Assembly: GCA_046716705.1 (NCBI GenBank)
Contig: JBKJWA010000261.1
Span: 1-32,912, forward strand
From: Gaiellaceae bacterium
GTDB lineage: Bacteria > Actinomycetota > Thermoleophilia > Gaiellales > Gaiellaceae
Direction of reading: 5' to 3'
Length of the DNA: 32,912 bases
A program made the position numbers and the translations under genes. Below are positions 32,175 to 32,912 of the stretch, one piece after another. The notes below the pieces were generated by a model. It saw nothing but the letters and a program-made list of their open reading frames with translations, was not told the DNA's origin and searched no databases. How positions within the stretch are numbered: position 1 is the stretch's first letter; the number at the start of each line of letters is the position of its first letter.

Positions 32175-32863
32175 GAGGGCCTGAGCACGAGCGAGGCGTC
32201 GTAGACCCACGGCTCGTCCGTGGGCGCGCGGAAGGCAGCGAGCCCCTCGACGTCGGGGAGGCGCTCGAGCTCGACTTCGTGCAGCACGGACGGGCATAGC
32301 AACGCGTGGGCGAAGCCCGGGACGCGTCCGGGGCCGGGCGCCCACGGCGCGAGCCGCTTGCGGAGGCGTCGTGGGGCGTCGATCGCGCCGGCGACGACCG
32401 CGTACCCCTCGGCGTGGAGCTCCAGCACGCGGCTCTCCCATTCAAGCGTGGTCGAAGACGGATGGACGGTTGCGACATCGCGCAGTGACGTTGCGTCGAC
32501 GCGCGGCAGCACGTCTACAGCCTCGCTCGGCGCGTCGTTCTCCCCGAGCTCGCCGAACCAGGCGCGGTGCTCGGCGACGAGGTCGAGCGCGAAGCCGTAC
32601 CGCGCCGGCGGCATCGGCGCTCGCACGGCGATCTCGAGCGAGACGCGTTCGCCGGGCGCAACAGGGCCTGGGAGCGCGCTGCGAATCCCGTCCCAGACGA
32701 TGGCGTTGCCGCGCTCGTCGAGCCAGTGGTACGAGGCTGAGATGTCGTCACCCCAAGTGGCCACTCCGGCGTTCTCCACGTCCGCCCGTGCCGTCGTCAC
32801 CGCTCCGGCGCGGGGCGGCTCGAGTGACCACGAGCGCCAGCGTGCGACGAGAGGCCCGGGCAC
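32171..32863 (-). CDS. hypothetical protein with N-terminal Ig-like (NBR1-like) beta-sandwich domain
   Basis: 230 aa starting at GTG. The pattern VENAGVATW...SYHWLDERGN...DGIRSALPGPVAPGERVSLEIAVRAPMPPARYGFALDLVAEHRAWF matches a beta-sandwich module I recognise from glycan-cluster proteins. High GC3. Its stop shares a CTAG with the wzm stop. Confidence 0.65.
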   Translation of the reverse strand: MPGPLVARWRSWSLEPPRAGAVTTARADVENAGVATWGDDISASYHWLDERGNAIVWDGIRSALPGPVAPGERVSLEIAVRAPMPPARYGFALDLVAEHRAWFGELGENDAPSEAVDVLPRVDATSLRDVATVHPSSTTLEWESRVLELHAEGYAVVAGAIDAPRRLRKRLAPWAPGPGRVPGFAHALLCPSVLHEVELERLPDVEGLAAFRAPTDEPWVYDASLVLRPS

Positions 32864-32869
32864 GGCGCC

Positions 32870-32875
32870 AGTCTA
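32870..32875 (-). promoter_or_regulatory. putative -10 box TAGACT for leaderless GTG 32863
   Basis: The minus strand reads TAGACT-GGCGCC-GTG (6-nt gap). Confidence 0.35.
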
Positions 32876-32891
32876 TTCCGGACATGTCTAG

Positions 32892-32912
32892 GTGCCAGAC
32901 CCAGTGCCAGAC
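32892..32912. repeat. direct repeat GTGCCAGAC x2 (12-nt period), truncated by the window end
   Basis: GTGCCAGAC occurs at 32892-32900 and 32904-32912. On the minus strand (GTCTGGCAC) the copies lie at about -29 to -49 relative to GTG 32863. Confidence 0.5.

Noticed and set aside
31323-32891. ORFs 31323-32441 (-, 372 aa) antisense to wzm, and 32220-32891 (+, 223 aa) antisense to the Ig-like protein gene.
   Set aside because: Both translations are Arg/Ser/Ala-rich and low in complexity. The opposing frames have high G/C third-position bias and recognisable domains.
1-32912. Looked by eye for tRNA/rRNA genes, CRISPR repeat-spacer arrays, IS inverted repeats, integrase or transposase ORFs, and Walker-A ATPases.
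   Set aside because: None found. Non-coding DNA is limited to short gaps: about 32, 56, 61, 66 and 190 nt, plus the final 49 nt. The very frequent GAGCTC hexamer simply reflects Glu-Leu (GAG CTC) codon pairs.

Overview
This is a 32.9-kb, very GC-rich and almost gap-free coding window. I call 30 CDSs and see no rRNA, tRNA, CRISPR array, transposase or integrase. All family assignments come from motifs I recognise in the translations; no database search was possible.

Layout: a VapBC toxin-antitoxin pair sits at the left edge (1-650). Everything from 613 to 32863 reads as one large glycan (cell-envelope polysaccharide or glycoconjugate) biosynthesis locus. It is built from alternating divergent and convergent operons with many 4-nt stop/start overlaps.

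Locus content:
- Two lipid-carrier initiating enzymes of different superfamilies: a WbaP-like phosphoglycosyl transferase, and a WecA/MraY-family transferase with an extra C-terminal module.
- Eight GT4-type GT-B glycosyltransferases (three in tandem) plus one CgeB-like protein.
- Two GT2 enzymes, one paired with a DUF2304 mini membrane protein.
- Five large polytopic GT-C-type glycosyltransferases.
- Four SAM methyltransferases.
- An AsnB-type amidotransferase.
- An NDP-sugar 4,6-dehydratase plus GDP-L-fucose synthase pair.
- A Wzm-type ABC-2 permease with no ATPase partner in the window.

I recognise no Wzx, Wzy, WaaL, Wzz, Wzt or LCP homologue.

Most interesting observations:
- The WecA-like enzyme is fused to the same 4-TM plus Rossmann-like module that forms the N-terminus of the WbaP-like enzyme.
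- The locus combines cytoplasmic synthesis, ABC export and extracytoplasmic GT-C steps, with an unusually high GT-C and methyltransferase load.
- TANNNT boxes recur 6-9 nt upstream of operon-leading start codons, which suggests leaderless transcription. One sits in a 56-bp bidirectional region, and one divergent gene pair has physically overlapping start codons.
- A perfect 16-bp palindrome abuts one of these promoters.
- A 190-nt spacer upstream of wzm contains a 65-codon Arg-rich ORF coupled at both ends.

The composition and leaderless style suggest a high-GC Actinomycetota-like host. That is inference only.
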